Made by a program: the position numbers and the translations under genes. DNA of 64,000 nucleotides from Shewanella sp. (GTDB lineage: Bacteria > Pseudomonadota > Gammaproteobacteria > Enterobacterales > Shewanellaceae): contig NZ_JBKEDJ010000055.1 in assembly GCF_047975355.1 (NCBI RefSeq), positions 7,760 to 71,759 on the forward strand, written 5' to 3'. Shown here piece after piece: positions 19,261-29,481 of the stretch (its first letter is position 1; each line of letters opens with the position of its first letter). The notes under the pieces were generated by a model. That model was not told where the DNA came from and made no database searches. It saw nothing but the letters and a program-made list of their open reading frames with translations.

Positions 19261-20369
19261 GCAGCCACCTTTTTACGCGCCATTACCGTTGATAAACGAG
19301 CAAATAAGGGTCTGTCTTTACCTAGGAGTAAAATCCCCATAATGAGCGCCGACAGATGGATCCACCACATGCCTAAATACTGTGGAATAACCCCATCCTG
19401 CAGCGCCTTGCGCCCTGCGACCATCAGGCCAAAATAGCCGAGGTATAACAGAACGGCGGGTAGCATTTTGGCAAACTTACCTTGGCGCACATTGACCCGT
19501 GCCAGCGGCACGGCAATTAGTGTCATAATCGGAATAGCCAGCGGGATAGCCAGACGCCAATGGAACTCGGCCACGGCTTCGGGTCCTTCGACTTTCATCA
19601 AGTCCGCCAGAGACAAGGCAGAGAGCTTACGGCGACGCTCATCGACCTGTTGCTCTTTGATTTGCATCTTATAGCCACCAAATTCAATCATTTGGTAGTC
19701 TTTCTGTTGTGGGCTGCCCTGATAACGCACCCCATCATTGAGTTGTAACTGCTGCGAGCCGTTCTGATCTTCTATCACGCGGCCCCCTTTCGCCACGACC
19801 ACATTGGTTAAGCCAATTTCGTCATTCGGATCGGGTAACTGGGCCACAAACACTTTATCGAGTTCATTGTCTTTACCAATGCGCTCAACAAATAACACTG
19901 CACGACCGTTAGGACTGGCCTGAAAACGTCCCTGCACTAATGCGGCAAGTCCCGCCTCTGATTGGGCCTTCTCGAGCACTTGGTTTTGTTGCTCTTCCGC
20001 CCAAGGCGCGACATAGAGGGATAAATAGCCAGTAAACAACATGTTAATCACGGCAAGAATGAGTGTCACTCGGGTAACATACCATTCACTTACGCCAACA
20101 CCGTGGAGAATGACCATTTCATTCTCGGCATACATGCGGCCGTGGGCCATCAAAATCCCAAGGAACAAACTTAAAGGTAAAACGAGAACAACGAGATAGG
20201 GTAAGTTGAGGCCTATCAAGGTGGCGATAAGAGAAGCAGGAAATTCACCGTCTGAGGCGTCGGCCAATATGCGCACGAAATGCTGGCTAATAAAAATAGT
20301 TAACAGTACGAAAAGTACTGCAATTTGCGCCTTTAAAACTTCTCGAATAAGGTATCTAAATACAATCAC
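19257..20369 (-). CDS. lptF: LPS export ABC transporter permease LptF
   Basis: MIVFRYLIRE (GTG start), LPLSLFLG, GRMYAENEM, AEFHWR; divergent from pepA. Confidence 0.95.
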   Translation of the reverse strand: MIVFRYLIREVLKAQIAVLFVLLTIFISQHFVRILADASDGEFPASLIATLIGLNLPYLVVLVLPLSLFLGILMAHGRMYAENEMVILHGVGVSEWYVTRVTLILAVINMLFTGYLSLYVAPWAEEQQNQVLEKAQSEAGLAALVQGRFQASPNGRAVLFVERIGKDNELDKVFVAQLPDPNDEIGLTNVVVAKGGRVIEDQNGSQQLQLNDGVRYQGSPQQKDYQMIEFGGYKMQIKEQQVDERRRKLSALSLADLMKVEGPEAVAEFHWRLAIPLAIPIMTLIAVPLARVNVRQGKFAKMLPAVLLYLGYFGLMVAGRKALQDGVIPQYLGMWWIHLSALIMGILLLGKDRPLFARLSTVMARKKVAA

Positions 20370-20624
20370 AGGTAGGATCCGGTCTCTAAACTTATCTTTT
20401 TGCTGGTAACAGACTAACTTTCATGTAAACTGTTTACTTTTGATAGTTTTCTGACCAGCTTCAGGGGTTCCTGGCAAACGATAAATGTCACGGATTTTTC
20501 ACAAAAACGTGACTCAAGTGCCGAGAATAAATCACCTTTGGAGTAATAACTTAGGCCCTTTTCGGGACAAGCAGACATTATCCAATAAATATAAAAATTT
20601 GTCTTTAAGAATCTAGGAGTGCTC

Positions 20625-22133
20625 ATGGAGTTTAGCGTAAAGAGCGGTAGCCCCGAAAAACAACGCTCAGCCTGCATCGTTGTCGGTGTTTATGAACCCC
20701 GCCGTCTATCCGGCATCGCCGAGCAATTAGACAAGATTAGCGAAGGTTATATCAGTAATCTACTGCGTCGCGGCGATTTAGAAGGTAAGCCAGGCCAAAT
20801 GTTATTACTGCACCACGTTCCTAACGTATTGAGTGAACGAGTGCTGTTAGTCGGTTGCGGCAAAGAACGAGAACTAGACGAACGCCAGTACAAGCAGATC
20901 ATCACTAAAACCATCAACACCTTAAATGAAACAGGTTCAATGGAAGCCGTGTGCTTCTTGACCGAGTTACACGTAAAAGGTCGCGATACCTATTGGAAAG
21001 TTCGCCAAGCGGTTGAAACGACCAATAGCAGTTTATATAGCTTCGATGCGCTCAAAACCCGTAAAGGTGAGACCCGTCGTCCGCTGCGCAAGCTGGTATT
21101 TAATGTGCCAACTCGCCGTGAACTGACCTTAGGTGAGCGTGCGATTGAGCACGGCATGGCCGTTTCTGCCGGTATGCATTTATGTCGTGATGTGGCTAAC
21201 ATGCCGCCAAATATCTGTAATCCTGCCTATTTAGCCTCTCAAGCTCGCCAATTGGCCGAAGTTCACGAAAACCTGCATGTCACGACTGTGGGCGAAGAGC
21301 AAATGGCAAAACTCGGCATGAACTCTTACCTTGCCGTCGGCCGCGCCAGTGCCAATGAATCCATTATGACCGTAATGGAATACAAGGGTGCCGTTGACAG
21401 CACTGAGAAACCTATCGTATTGATTGGTAAAGGCTTAACCTTCGACTCTGGTGGTATTTCACTAAAGCCAGGCGAAGCCATGGACGAAATGAAATACGAC
21501 ATGGGCGGCGCTGCAGGTGTTATCGGCACCATGAAAGCCATTTGTGAGATGAAGCTGCCCATCAACGTGGTTGGTATTCTCGCGGGCTGTGAAAACATGC
21601 CATCGGGCAATGCTTATCGCCCAGGTGACATTTTAACCACAATGTCGGGTCAGACTGTTGAAGTCCTCAACACCGACGCCGAAGGCCGTCTGGTACTGTG
21701 TGACGTATTAACCTATGTTGAGCGTTTCGACCCAGAGCTGGTGATCGATACTGCCACTCTGACCGGCGCCTGTGTGATTGCCTTAGGTAAGCATGCATCG
21801 GGTCTGTTCTCATCACACAATCCTCTTGCCCACGAACTACTCAATGCGGGTGAGCAAAGTGGTGACCGTGCATGGCGTATGCCACTGTGGGATGAATACC
21901 AAGATATGCTCGATAGCCCATTTGCAGACATGACCAACTTAGGTGGTCGTCCTGCGGGTGCGATTACCGCAGCTTGTTTCCTGTCGCGTTTCACCAAAAA
22001 GTACAACTGGGCTCACTTAGATGTGGCCGGTACAGCGTGGAACAGCGGTGCGAATAAAGGTTCAACCGGTCGCCCTGTGCCAATTTTGACTCAGTTCCTG
22101 ATCAATCGTGCAGGCGTAGAATTAGGCGAGTAA
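20625..22133 (+). CDS. pepA: Leucyl aminopeptidase PepA
   Basis: [50 protein letters not shown]. Confidence 0.97.
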   Translation: MEFSVKSGSPEKQRSACIVVGVYEPRRLSGIAEQLDKISEGYISNLLRRGDLEGKPGQMLLLHHVPNVLSERVLLVGCGKERELDERQYKQIITKTINTLNETGSMEAVCFLTELHVKGRDTYWKVRQAVETTNSSLYSFDALKTRKGETRRPLRKLVFNVPTRRELTLGERAIEHGMAVSAGMHLCRDVANMPPNICNPAYLASQARQLAEVHENLHVTTVGEEQMAKLGMNSYLAVGRASANESIMTVMEYKGAVDSTEKPIVLIGKGLTFDSGGISLKPGEAMDEMKYDMGGAAGVIGTMKAICEMKLPINVVGILAGCENMPSGNAYRPGDILTTMSGQTVEVLNTDAEGRLVLCDVLTYVERFDPELVIDTATLTGACVIALGKHASGLFSSHNPLAHELLNAGEQSGDRAWRMPLWDEYQDMLDSPFADMTNLGGRPAGAITAACFLSRFTKKYNWAHLDVAGTAWNSGANKGSTGRPVPILTQFLINRAGVELGE

Positions 22134-22148
22134 TCGCTAATAACACTG

Positions 22149-22177
22149 AAAAGGCGAAGAATTTCTTCGCCTTTTTT
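22149..22177 (+). terminator. Intrinsic terminator of pepA
   Basis: AAAAGGCGAAGA-att-TCTTCGCCTTTT followed by a T tract. Confidence 0.88.
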
Positions 22178-22270
22178 ATTTGGATCAAAAGCTAAATGAC
22201 GATTGGCTCAGGAATAATTGCAGCATGACAACGCAAAGAACAAAGAAAATCGCGATTGAATAATTTTTGA

Positions 22271-22299
22271 TTGACAGCCACGCCCTCGCCCTTTAGTTT
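22271..22299 (+). promoter_or_regulatory. sigma70 promoter of pheL-pheA
   Basis: Perfect TTGACA (22271-22276), 17 bp, TAGTTT (22294-22299). Confidence 0.7.
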
Positions 22300-22307
22300 T
22301 ACTCTCT

Positions 22308-22361
22308 ATGAAAACAAATACCGCAGCTTTTTTTACTTTCTTTTTTACACCCCCACTCTAG
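22308..22361 (+). CDS. pheL: Phenylalanine attenuator leader peptide MKTNTAAFFTFFFTPPL
   Basis: 17-codon ORF with 5 Phe codons directly upstream of an attenuator and pheA. Confidence 0.88.
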   Translation: MKTNTAAFFTFFFTPPL

Positions 22362-22424
22362 GAGGCGGATTTACTGTGTAAAAACGAAAGTAAAAATCCA
22401 AAGCCTCCCACTGGGAGGCTTTTT
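22361..22424 (+). promoter_or_regulatory. Phe transcription attenuator (antiterminator plus terminator)
   Basis: Terminator AAAGCCTCCC-act-GGGAGGCTTTTT (22400-22424); upstream GGAGGC/GGATTT (22361-22372) can alternatively pair with AAATCC/GCCTCC. Confidence 0.85.
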
Positions 22425-22465
22425 CGTCTTAAACGCTCGATAATACGGTGGCAAATGAGGTCAGA

Positions 22466-24469
22466 ATGCAAAAACCACAGCCTTTAAATCAAACGCGAGA
22501 ACAAATTACTCACCTCGACAATGAGCTTCTCTCGTTACTCGCCGAACGTCGTCGACTAAGCCTAGAAGTAGCACGCAGTAAAGAAGTGGATGTGAGACCC
22601 ATTCGCGACACCCAAAGGGAAAAAGAACTGCTGGCAAGATTAGTCACAGCTGGCCGAGAAAAAGGCTTAGATGCCCATTACGTAATCTCACTGTATCAAA
22701 GCATTATCGAAGACTCAGTCCTTAATCAACAGGCTTATCTCCACGGCCGTGCCAATCCAGAAACGCAAAAACAGCAGTACTGTATCGCTTACCTCGGCGC
22801 CCGCGGCTCCTACTCTTACCTTGCCGCCTCTCGCTATTGCCAACGTCGTCAGGTTGAGATGCTCGACTTAGGCTGCCAAAGTTTCGATGAGATTGTCCAA
22901 GCCGTTGAGTCAGGCCACGCCGACTATGGCTTTTTGCCGATTGAAAACACTTCGTCGGGCTCGATCAACGAAGTCTATGACGTATTGCAACACACGAGTC
23001 TGTCGATCGTTGGCGAAACCACTATCGAAGTAAGCCATTGTCTCTTGGGCAAACCAGGTTGCAAACTGAGCGATATCAAAACCGTCTATGCCCACCCGCA
23101 GCCAATCAGTCAGTGCAGCCGCTATCTGAGTCAGCACAAGGACTTAAGACTGGAATATTGCTCAAGCAGCGCCGAAGCGATGGAGAAGGTCAACCAATCT
23201 GCCGACAATAGCGCCGCTGCGATTGGTAGCACCGAAGGTGGCGCGCTGTACCAACTCGAGTCGATTGAGTCTGGCCTTGCAAACCAAAAGATTAACCAGA
23301 GCCGCTTTATCGTGGTGGCTCGAAAAGCCGTGGCCGTACCCGAGCAATTGCCAGCTAAAACCACCCTAATTATGGCCACTGGCCAAAAGGCGGGTGCGTT
23401 AGTTGAAGCCTTGTTGGTGCTCAAGGCGCATCAGCTCAATATGAGCAAACTCGAATCTCGCCCCATTCCTGGCACGCCGTGGGAAGAAATGTTCTATCTG
23501 GATATCGATGCCAATATCTCCAGCGAAGCCATGCAGCAAGGGCTCAAGCAGCTCGAGAGGATCACGCGCTTTATCAAAGTATTGGGATGTTACCCCTGCG
23601 AAACCGTCAAACCGACACAACTCAGTAATAGCCAATTACTCATCGAGCCGAACACCTCAAAAGCTGAGGTGATAAGCACGGTGAGCCTTGACCCGTCGCC
23701 CTATCGCTTCAGTAAGGCGTACAAGGCGCAGGCGAGTGAAATTCACTGCGGCCCCTTTACCATTGGCGCAGGCCATATTGGTGCCATTGCCAAAATCACG
23801 CTAAGCAAAAGCCTGCTGCAGCAAGAGTCGTCACAGGCAGCCATATCCGCCTTTGAGCGCAGAGTGAAGCAGTTAAAAGAAGCGGGTTTCCAAGCGGTGA
23901 TTTTAGACGGATGCCACTCACTCGCCTCGGCCGAAGTCATCATCCCTAAGCTGCGCCAAACCTTGCATCAGTATGATTTGCTTTGTGTCATCGCCATCGA
24001 ACAGGCGACGGATATGCCGTTGGCGACAGGTCATGCAGACATGTTGTTCTTAACGGGCAAACAAATGTTTAATCAGGCCTTGCTGACTCAGGCAGGCACT
24101 TTGCCGATTCCGCTATTCCTCGAACGTAACGATATGGCAAGTTATGAGGAATTTATGGCAGCCACGGAGACGATTTTAAGTCAAGGTAACCAACAGCTTA
24201 TCCTATGTGACTCTGGCATTCGTACCTATAACAATGCCAACTTACCCACCTTGGATTTAGCAAGCCTCATCCAAATTAAGGCCAACAGTCATCTACCCAT
24301 AGTGATTAACCCTTGTTATGCCATCAATGAAGATGCACTCCTTATGCAAACTCAAGGAATTAAGCAGCTAAAAGCCGATGGCCTAGTGCTTAATTGCACC
24401 CTCGAAGAAGATAAGGAACATGATTCATTGGCACTGATGAGCAAGGTCGTAAGAGAGCTATATCGCTAA
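22466..24469 (+). CDS. pheA: Chorismate mutase/prephenate dehydratase (P-protein) with an extra C-terminal DAHP-synthase-I-beta-like domain
   Basis: AroQ domain (R..I..LD..LL.LL.ERR...RD..RE), PDT (PIENTSSGSI, YAHPQP..QC, SRF), ACT (ESRP); ~255-aa C-terminal TIM-barrel-like extension; start at ATG 22466 (GAGG RBS). Confidence 0.92.
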   Translation: MQKPQPLNQTREQITHLDNELLSLLAERRRLSLEVARSKEVDVRPIRDTQREKELLARLVTAGREKGLDAHYVISLYQSIIEDSVLNQQAYLHGRANPETQKQQYCIAYLGARGSYSYLAASRYCQRRQVEMLDLGCQSFDEIVQAVESGHADYGFLPIENTSSGSINEVYDVLQHTSLSIVGETTIEVSHCLLGKPGCKLSDIKTVYAHPQPISQCSRYLSQHKDLRLEYCSSSAEAMEKVNQSADNSAAAIGSTEGGALYQLESIESGLANQKINQSRFIVVARKAVAVPEQLPAKTTLIMATGQKAGALVEALLVLKAHQLNMSKLESRPIPGTPWEEMFYLDIDANISSEAMQQGLKQLERITRFIKVLGCYPCETVKPTQLSNSQLLIEPNTSKAEVISTVSLDPSPYRFSKAYKAQASEIHCGPFTIGAGHIGAIAKITLSKSLLQQESSQAAISAFERRVKQLKEAGFQAVILDGCHSLASAEVIIPKLRQTLHQYDLLCVIAIEQATDMPLATGHADMLFLTGKQMFNQALLTQAGTLPIPLFLERNDMASYEEFMAATETILSQGNQQLILCDSGIRTYNNANLPTLDLASLIQIKANSHLPIVINPCYAINEDALLMQTQGIKQLKADGLVLNCTLEEDKEHDSLALMSKVVRELYR

Positions 24470-24496
24470 TTTGCGTGTATAACGATACTGAAGAAC

Positions 24497-24523
24497 ATAC
24501 AGCCACGAATATCGTGGCTGTAT
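24497..24523. terminator. Stem-loop between convergent pheA and antiporter genes
   Basis: ATACAGCCACGA-ata-TCGTGGCTGTAT. Confidence 0.7.
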
Positions 24524-24568
24524 TGTTTAGGGCTTGTGTTTAGCTCCTCGACTTTAAGCGCAGCAGAT

Positions 24569-25873
24569 CTAAGTCCGCTCAGGTGCAATCTGATGATTGG
24601 CATCTGTCACTACCGCATTACTGCGGCCGATTAACCCAGTCATACTCGAGCCTTGCACTAGGATTGAAAACACCACCACGGCATAGGTCATCACCAATAC
24701 CAGCTCACGCAGCTCGACACCGCTTTGCGAATCGATAATAACACCCTCGGGTAGGCTCATCGCCATGGCCAAGGCTAACCCGCCCCTGAGCCCGCCCCAG
24801 ATGAGTATCGACTCGGCATAGGGATTGTAAGACTTCACCAACCTAAATCCGATATAGGGCAAAAATACACTCACCGCCCGCGCCGTTAAAACCAGTGGAA
24901 TAGCCACTAACATAAACCACCATAATGGCGCCTTAAAGGTGACGAGCAAGAGTAATAATCCGAGCAGGAGGAACAACAACGCATTGAAGAAGGATTCAAT
25001 CAGCGACCAAAAAGTGTAGAGTTTCACCCGCTCATGGCGCACAAAATACTTAGGCACGCTGTAGTTACCGATAATCATCCCTGCACTGACCATCGCCAGT
25101 GGCCCCGATACCCCTAACACTTCGGCTATGACATAACCCGCCGTCGGGATCAGCAAAGTGACCAGCATCAACTGGGTTTCTTCCTCACAGTAGCGAAAGA
25201 AATGGTGCAACAATACGCCGAGCACGGCGCCATAAACGACGCCACCGAGCGCCTCTTGGACAAACAATAGCGAGATTTGCGTGAAGGTCAGCGGCTCAGT
25301 TGAAAAGGCCAGATGGGAGATGGCCACAAAAATCACCAATCCAATGCCATCGTTAAAGAGCGACTCCCCTTCCACCTGAATGGCAATATCTTCGGGCGCG
25401 CCCATTTTCTTCAGGATCGCCAATACGGCAATAGGATCTGTAGGGGAAATCAAGGCGCCAAAGAGTAAACAATGACTTAGAGCCAAAGGTAATCCCAACA
25501 TGGGTGCTAAGTAATACAACAAACCACCGACGATAAAGGTTGAGAGTAAAGTACTGACAAAGGCAAGAATGAGGATTTCCCATTTCTGATGCCGGAGGAT
25601 TTTTAAGCGGATCTGCAATGCCCCGGCAAATAAGAGAAAACCCAACATGCCGTTGAGTAATAGGGCCTGAAAGTCGAGCTTTTCCAGCCCCGCCACAAAG
25701 TAACCATAAACATGGCCACCAAGCGCTTTACCACCCAGCAATAACAACAGACTCATGCCCAACGCCAATGCGGTGATGGCAACGGTTTCTTGCAGCTTAT
25801 GTAAACGCGAAGATGCCACAGACGTGACTAAGGCTAACGCACAGAGAATACAGAGAATTTGATAACTAGTCAT
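24569..25873 (-). CDS. CPA1-family Na+/H+ antiporter (NhaP-like)
   Basis: LLFAGAL, ISPTDPIAV, EGESLFNDG, VSGPLA, WGGLRGGL. Confidence 0.9.
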   Translation of the reverse strand: MTSYQILCILCALALVTSVASSRLHKLQETVAITALALGMSLLLLLGGKALGGHVYGYFVAGLEKLDFQALLLNGMLGFLLFAGALQIRLKILRHQKWEILILAFVSTLLSTFIVGGLLYYLAPMLGLPLALSHCLLFGALISPTDPIAVLAILKKMGAPEDIAIQVEGESLFNDGIGLVIFVAISHLAFSTEPLTFTQISLLFVQEALGGVVYGAVLGVLLHHFFRYCEEETQLMLVTLLIPTAGYVIAEVLGVSGPLAMVSAGMIIGNYSVPKYFVRHERVKLYTFWSLIESFFNALLFLLLGLLLLLVTFKAPLWWFMLVAIPLVLTARAVSVFLPYIGFRLVKSYNPYAESILIWGGLRGGLALAMAMSLPEGVIIDSQSGVELRELVLVMTYAVVVFSILVQGSSMTGLIGRSNAVVTDANHQIAPERT

Positions 25874-25918
25874 AAGAGTCTCTAATCACCCTAAGATGAA
25901 GAGACTCTAGCACAAGTT

Positions 25919-26254
25919 TTAGACTTCTAAACCATCCAACAGACTTAGCCAGCCTTTGATAATCCGATGGCAAAACCAAATGATACCAAAGAGATAAATC
26001 GAAAGACTTAGCCAAGTGATGGGTAGGCAATATCCCAACACCAACAGACCAAGAAATATCACATTGGAGTGACGTTGCCAGCGTAGATGTGATGCAAGCA
26101 AAGCATTACTTTGGGTATGTCGTTGAGACAGGTTGATAAATAGGCTCAACAATACAGGCAGCAGTAACAGAGGAAAGCCTGACATTAAGGCGTAAAGCAA
26201 ATGGCCTAAGCTGCGATCTTCAATTTTTGCGGCATATGTAGTTGTCGTTGTCAT
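25919..26254 (-). CDS. Small membrane protein (DUF4870-like hypothetical)
   Basis: Three hydrophobic segments; SHLRWQ and WF..RIIKGW..L motifs. Confidence 0.65.
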   Translation of the reverse strand: MTTTTTYAAKIEDRSLGHLLYALMSGFPLLLLPVLLSLFINLSQRHTQSNALLASHLRWQRHSNVIFLGLLVLGYCLPITWLSLSIYLFGIIWFCHRIIKGWLSLLDGLEV

Positions 26255-26418
26255 TGAGAGACTCCAGCCAGACGATGGGACTGGGCGTTACTCCGCCCTC
26301 GTCTTTAACCTTACGTTCTCGCAGACATAATCGCAACTAAGGCGTAAAAATATTTCCGCGCGAGACCTCTTTAAATCACCAATATTTCTAATCAACCAAT
26401 GCCCTCCAAAGACCAATG

Positions 26419-27549
26419 TCAGGTCAATGACAACGTCACATCCGACTTGAGTTTAGTCGAGCAGGCTAACACGTATCCGGCTTCGATATCGGCAGGTGTT
26501 AAGGTCATACTACTCGTGGACTCAGTCTCCCCTTCAAGCACTTGGCACTTGCACGCACCGCATATACCCGAGCGGCAAGCCGCAATAATAGGTAAACCTT
26601 CGGCTTCGATACCCTCAAGCAAGGTTTGCTCTGCCGTTAGAGCCCGTTTTCTATCGCCAATGGATAACATAAAGCTTGAACAGCCACTATCTGGGGCTTC
26701 AGACTGGATTTCGGCCTGCTTAACTCGGCTTTGTGCCTCTTTCACCGCTGTGGCAAAGCTCTCGTGATATAACTGAGCCATATCAAAGTTAAGCTCGGTC
26801 AGAATCGTTTTGACCGCCTGCATATAGGGTTCTGGCCCACATAAAAACACGGTTCGCTCGGCAAAATCTGGCACTAAGCGGCGCAAGTTATCGACGCTTA
26901 AACGGCCAACATCATGCGATACCGCCTCGGGATGCCAAGCCGTGTCAGCAGTGACATCCTCCACGATATAACCCAGCTTAAAATCCCGATGGCGCGCGGC
27001 CATGGTCTCCAATGTGGTTTTAAAAATAATATCGGCCTGAGTGCGAGCACTGTGTACAAAAGCGATGTCGGCATTCATTTGGCTGTCGGTTAAATAACGC
27101 GACATCGAATACATGGGCGTAATCCCACAGCCAGCACTTAAGAATAGGTATTTTTTGGCTGGAATATCAAACAGATTAAACTGTCCCGTTGGCGGTAGAA
27201 CTCTTACCGTTTGTCCAGGCTGTAAATGATCAATCAAGTAGTTAGACACTAGCCCACCCTCGACTCGCTTAATGGTCACCATCAAGGAGTAAGGTCTAGA
27301 GGGCGTCGAGGATAAGGTATAACTGCGACAAGCCTGCTCGCCGTCGATCTCTAGCACTAAGGTCATAAACTGTCCCGGCTTATAATCAAACTTCATCGGC
27401 TCACCGGCTTGAAAACGAAAACTCACCACATCAGCGGTTTCGTTCCAACGCTCCACACACACTAGTTGACTAAATCCCGCAAGACTCGCAGGTGCAGAAG
27501 CTAAAGCGATATTTGGCATAGTACTGATATTCATAGTCTTTGTATCCAT
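26419..27549 (-). CDS. hcr: Hybrid-cluster protein NADH oxidoreductase
   Basis: FAD-binding RSYTLSS, NAD-binding AGCGITP and CGPEPYM, C-terminal 2Fe-2S CRSGICGACKC...LAC; downstream of hcp; true start may be 27534. Confidence 0.92.
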   Translation of the reverse strand: MDTKTMNISTMPNIALASAPASLAGFSQLVCVERWNETADVVSFRFQAGEPMKFDYKPGQFMTLVLEIDGEQACRSYTLSSTPSRPYSLMVTIKRVEGGLVSNYLIDHLQPGQTVRVLPPTGQFNLFDIPAKKYLFLSAGCGITPMYSMSRYLTDSQMNADIAFVHSARTQADIIFKTTLETMAARHRDFKLGYIVEDVTADTAWHPEAVSHDVGRLSVDNLRRLVPDFAERTVFLCGPEPYMQAVKTILTELNFDMAQLYHESFATAVKEAQSRVKQAEIQSEAPDSGCSSFMLSIGDRKRALTAEQTLLEGIEAEGLPIIAACRSGICGACKCQVLEGETESTSSMTLTPADIEAGYVLACSTKLKSDVTLSLT

Positions 27550-27600
27550 AACACTGCGGCTTTACAACGAAAGCCGCAGTGACCCCATGTGTAAACCGGC

Positions 27601-29265
27601 CTAAGCCACGTTCAGCATGGTCTTAAGATCGGCTTCAACGGTTGTGGTGTTACGCAGGCCAAATTTCTCTTCCAAAATTTTAGCGAGGTTGGCCGTTAAA
27701 AATGCCGGTGGCGTTGGACCAGTACGGATGTTCTTCACCCCAAGCGATAATAGGGTCAGCAGCACGACAATGGCTTTTTGTTCAAACCATGAAAGCACTA
27801 GGTTCAATGGTAATTCATTGATATCGCATTCAAATATTTGTGATAACGCGATAGCCAACTGGATAGCAGAATAGGCATCGTTACATTGGCCGATATCGAG
27901 CAAGCGCGGAATACCATTGATATCGCCAAACTCCAGCTTGTTGAATTTATACTTACCGCAACCTAAGGTCAGAATAACGGAATCCTTTGGCGCTGATTTC
28001 GCTAAATCCGTGAAATAACTGCGTTCAGACTTATCACCATCACAACCTCCGACTAGGAAGAAGTGTTTAATAGAACCGTTTTTAACGTTTTCAACCACAG
28101 TCGGTGCCGCGGCCATTAAGGCATTACGGGCAAAACCGATAGTGATATTGTGTGGAATTTCATCGTATTGGAAACCTTCGAGCGCGAGCGCCTTCTCAAT
28201 CACGACAGAGAAATCATCCCCCACTACATGGCTCACGCCGGGCCAACCTACGATACTGCGGGTAAAGATACGGTCGCTGTATTGACCGACATTCGGGTCG
28301 ATAATACAGTTTGAGGTCATCACCACGGCACCGGGGAAATTGGCGAATTCTTTCTGCTGGTTCTGCCATGCACTACCGTAATTACCGACTAAGTGTGAAT
28401 ATTTTTTAAAGGCGGGATACGCAAGCGCTGGGAGCATTTCGCCGTGGGTATAAACATTAATGCCTTTACCCGCCGTTTGCTCAAGGATAAGCTCCAAGTC
28501 CTTCATATCATGACCAGAAACCAGAATCGCTTTGCCTTTAACGGGTTTTGTGTTGACCACTGTGGGTTCTGGATGACCGAAGGCTTCGGTCTCGCCAGCA
28601 TCGAGCATGGCCATGATACGGTAGTTCAGTTGACCAATGTCCATGGCTGTGGTGAACAATTTGTCGGCATCGACACAGGGTTCTCCGAGAAACGCCATGA
28701 TCTCATGGAACTGCCCGGCAATCTCCGCATCGGTTTTCCCTAATACACGGGCATGCTCCATATAAGCCGCCGCACCTTTAAGACCGTATAAGCAGAGTAA
28801 TCTCAGTCCAAGAATATCTTCATGGACATCATTTTTATCTTTATTGAGTAAAGCGACAGGCGCTTGAGACAACATTTCAGGTTTGCTGGTACCCAACGCG
28901 AATTGCGCCACAGGTGGGAGCGATTCAACCCGTTTACCCGCAATTTCACACGCAGCTTCATAGGCATTTTTTAAACTTTCACGGTACTGAGCCGCCTGCT
29001 TGGCATAGGCAATGATACGCTCGTCGTCGAAGTTGACGTTAGTTAGGGTTGAGAAAAAAGCTTTAGGAACAAAGGTATCCACCTCAGGGTTAATGACGCC
29101 CAGCTCACGCGCCTTAGTCGCATACACTGAAACACCCTGCAACATGTAGATTAACAAGTCTTGCAGATCCGAGGTCGCAGCCAATTTGCCGCACATACCT
29201 TGGGCATAGCTACAACCGTTGCCGGCGGGGGTACGAATAGTTTGCTCACACTGAATACAAAACAT
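27601..29265 (-). CDS. hcp: Hybrid cluster (prismane) protein, NO/hydroxylamine reductase
   Basis: MFCIQCEQT...[34 protein letters not shown]. Confidence 0.97.
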   Translation of the reverse strand: MFCIQCEQTIRTPAGNGCSYAQGMCGKLAATSDLQDLLIYMLQGVSVYATKARELGVINPEVDTFVPKAFFSTLTNVNFDDERIIAYAKQAAQYRESLKNAYEAACEIAGKRVESLPPVAQFALGTSKPEMLSQAPVALLNKDKNDVHEDILGLRLLCLYGLKGAAAYMEHARVLGKTDAEIAGQFHEIMAFLGEPCVDADKLFTTAMDIGQLNYRIMAMLDAGETEAFGHPEPTVVNTKPVKGKAILVSGHDMKDLELILEQTAGKGINVYTHGEMLPALAYPAFKKYSHLVGNYGSAWQNQQKEFANFPGAVVMTSNCIIDPNVGQYSDRIFTRSIVGWPGVSHVVGDDFSVVIEKALALEGFQYDEIPHNITIGFARNALMAAAPTVVENVKNGSIKHFFLVGGCDGDKSERSYFTDLAKSAPKDSVILTLGCGKYKFNKLEFGDINGIPRLLDIGQCNDAYSAIQLAIALSQIFECDINELPLNLVLSWFEQKAIVVLLTLLSLGVKNIRTGPTPPAFLTANLAKILEEKFGLRNTTTVEADLKTMLNVA

Positions 29266-29287
29266 GGATAGACTCCTAATTTAAATT

Positions 29288-29306
29288 CATGCTTTATTTA
29301 TGCATG
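29288..29306. promoter_or_regulatory. Putative NsrR operator upstream of hcp
   Basis: CATGCTT-TATTT-ATGCATG, close to the NsrR gATGYAT-N5-ATRCATc palindrome; hcp is a canonical NsrR target. Confidence 0.7.
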
Positions 29307-29430
29307 TTTAAAATTAGTCTACCTAAACCGAAAATAAGCGACAGTGTTTTCTCACCTTGAATGCCAAATCTTCGAGGGAGATCACCTTAAGCAATTGCTA
29401 ATTCACATAATAAAAGGTGCCTGAAATCCT

Positions 29431-29462
29431 AAAAAAAATGCCCATCGAAGATGGGCATTTTT
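29431..29462 (-). terminator. Intrinsic terminator of aroF-tyrA
   Basis: AAAAATGCCCATC-ttc-GATGGGCATTTTTTTT on the minus strand. Confidence 0.88.
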
Positions 29463-29481
29463 GTTACTAACTCATTTATTA

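Noticed and set aside
29370..29386. FNR/CRP site upstream of hcp (GTGAT-CTCC-CTCGA on the minus strand)
   Set aside because: Too many mismatches to support.
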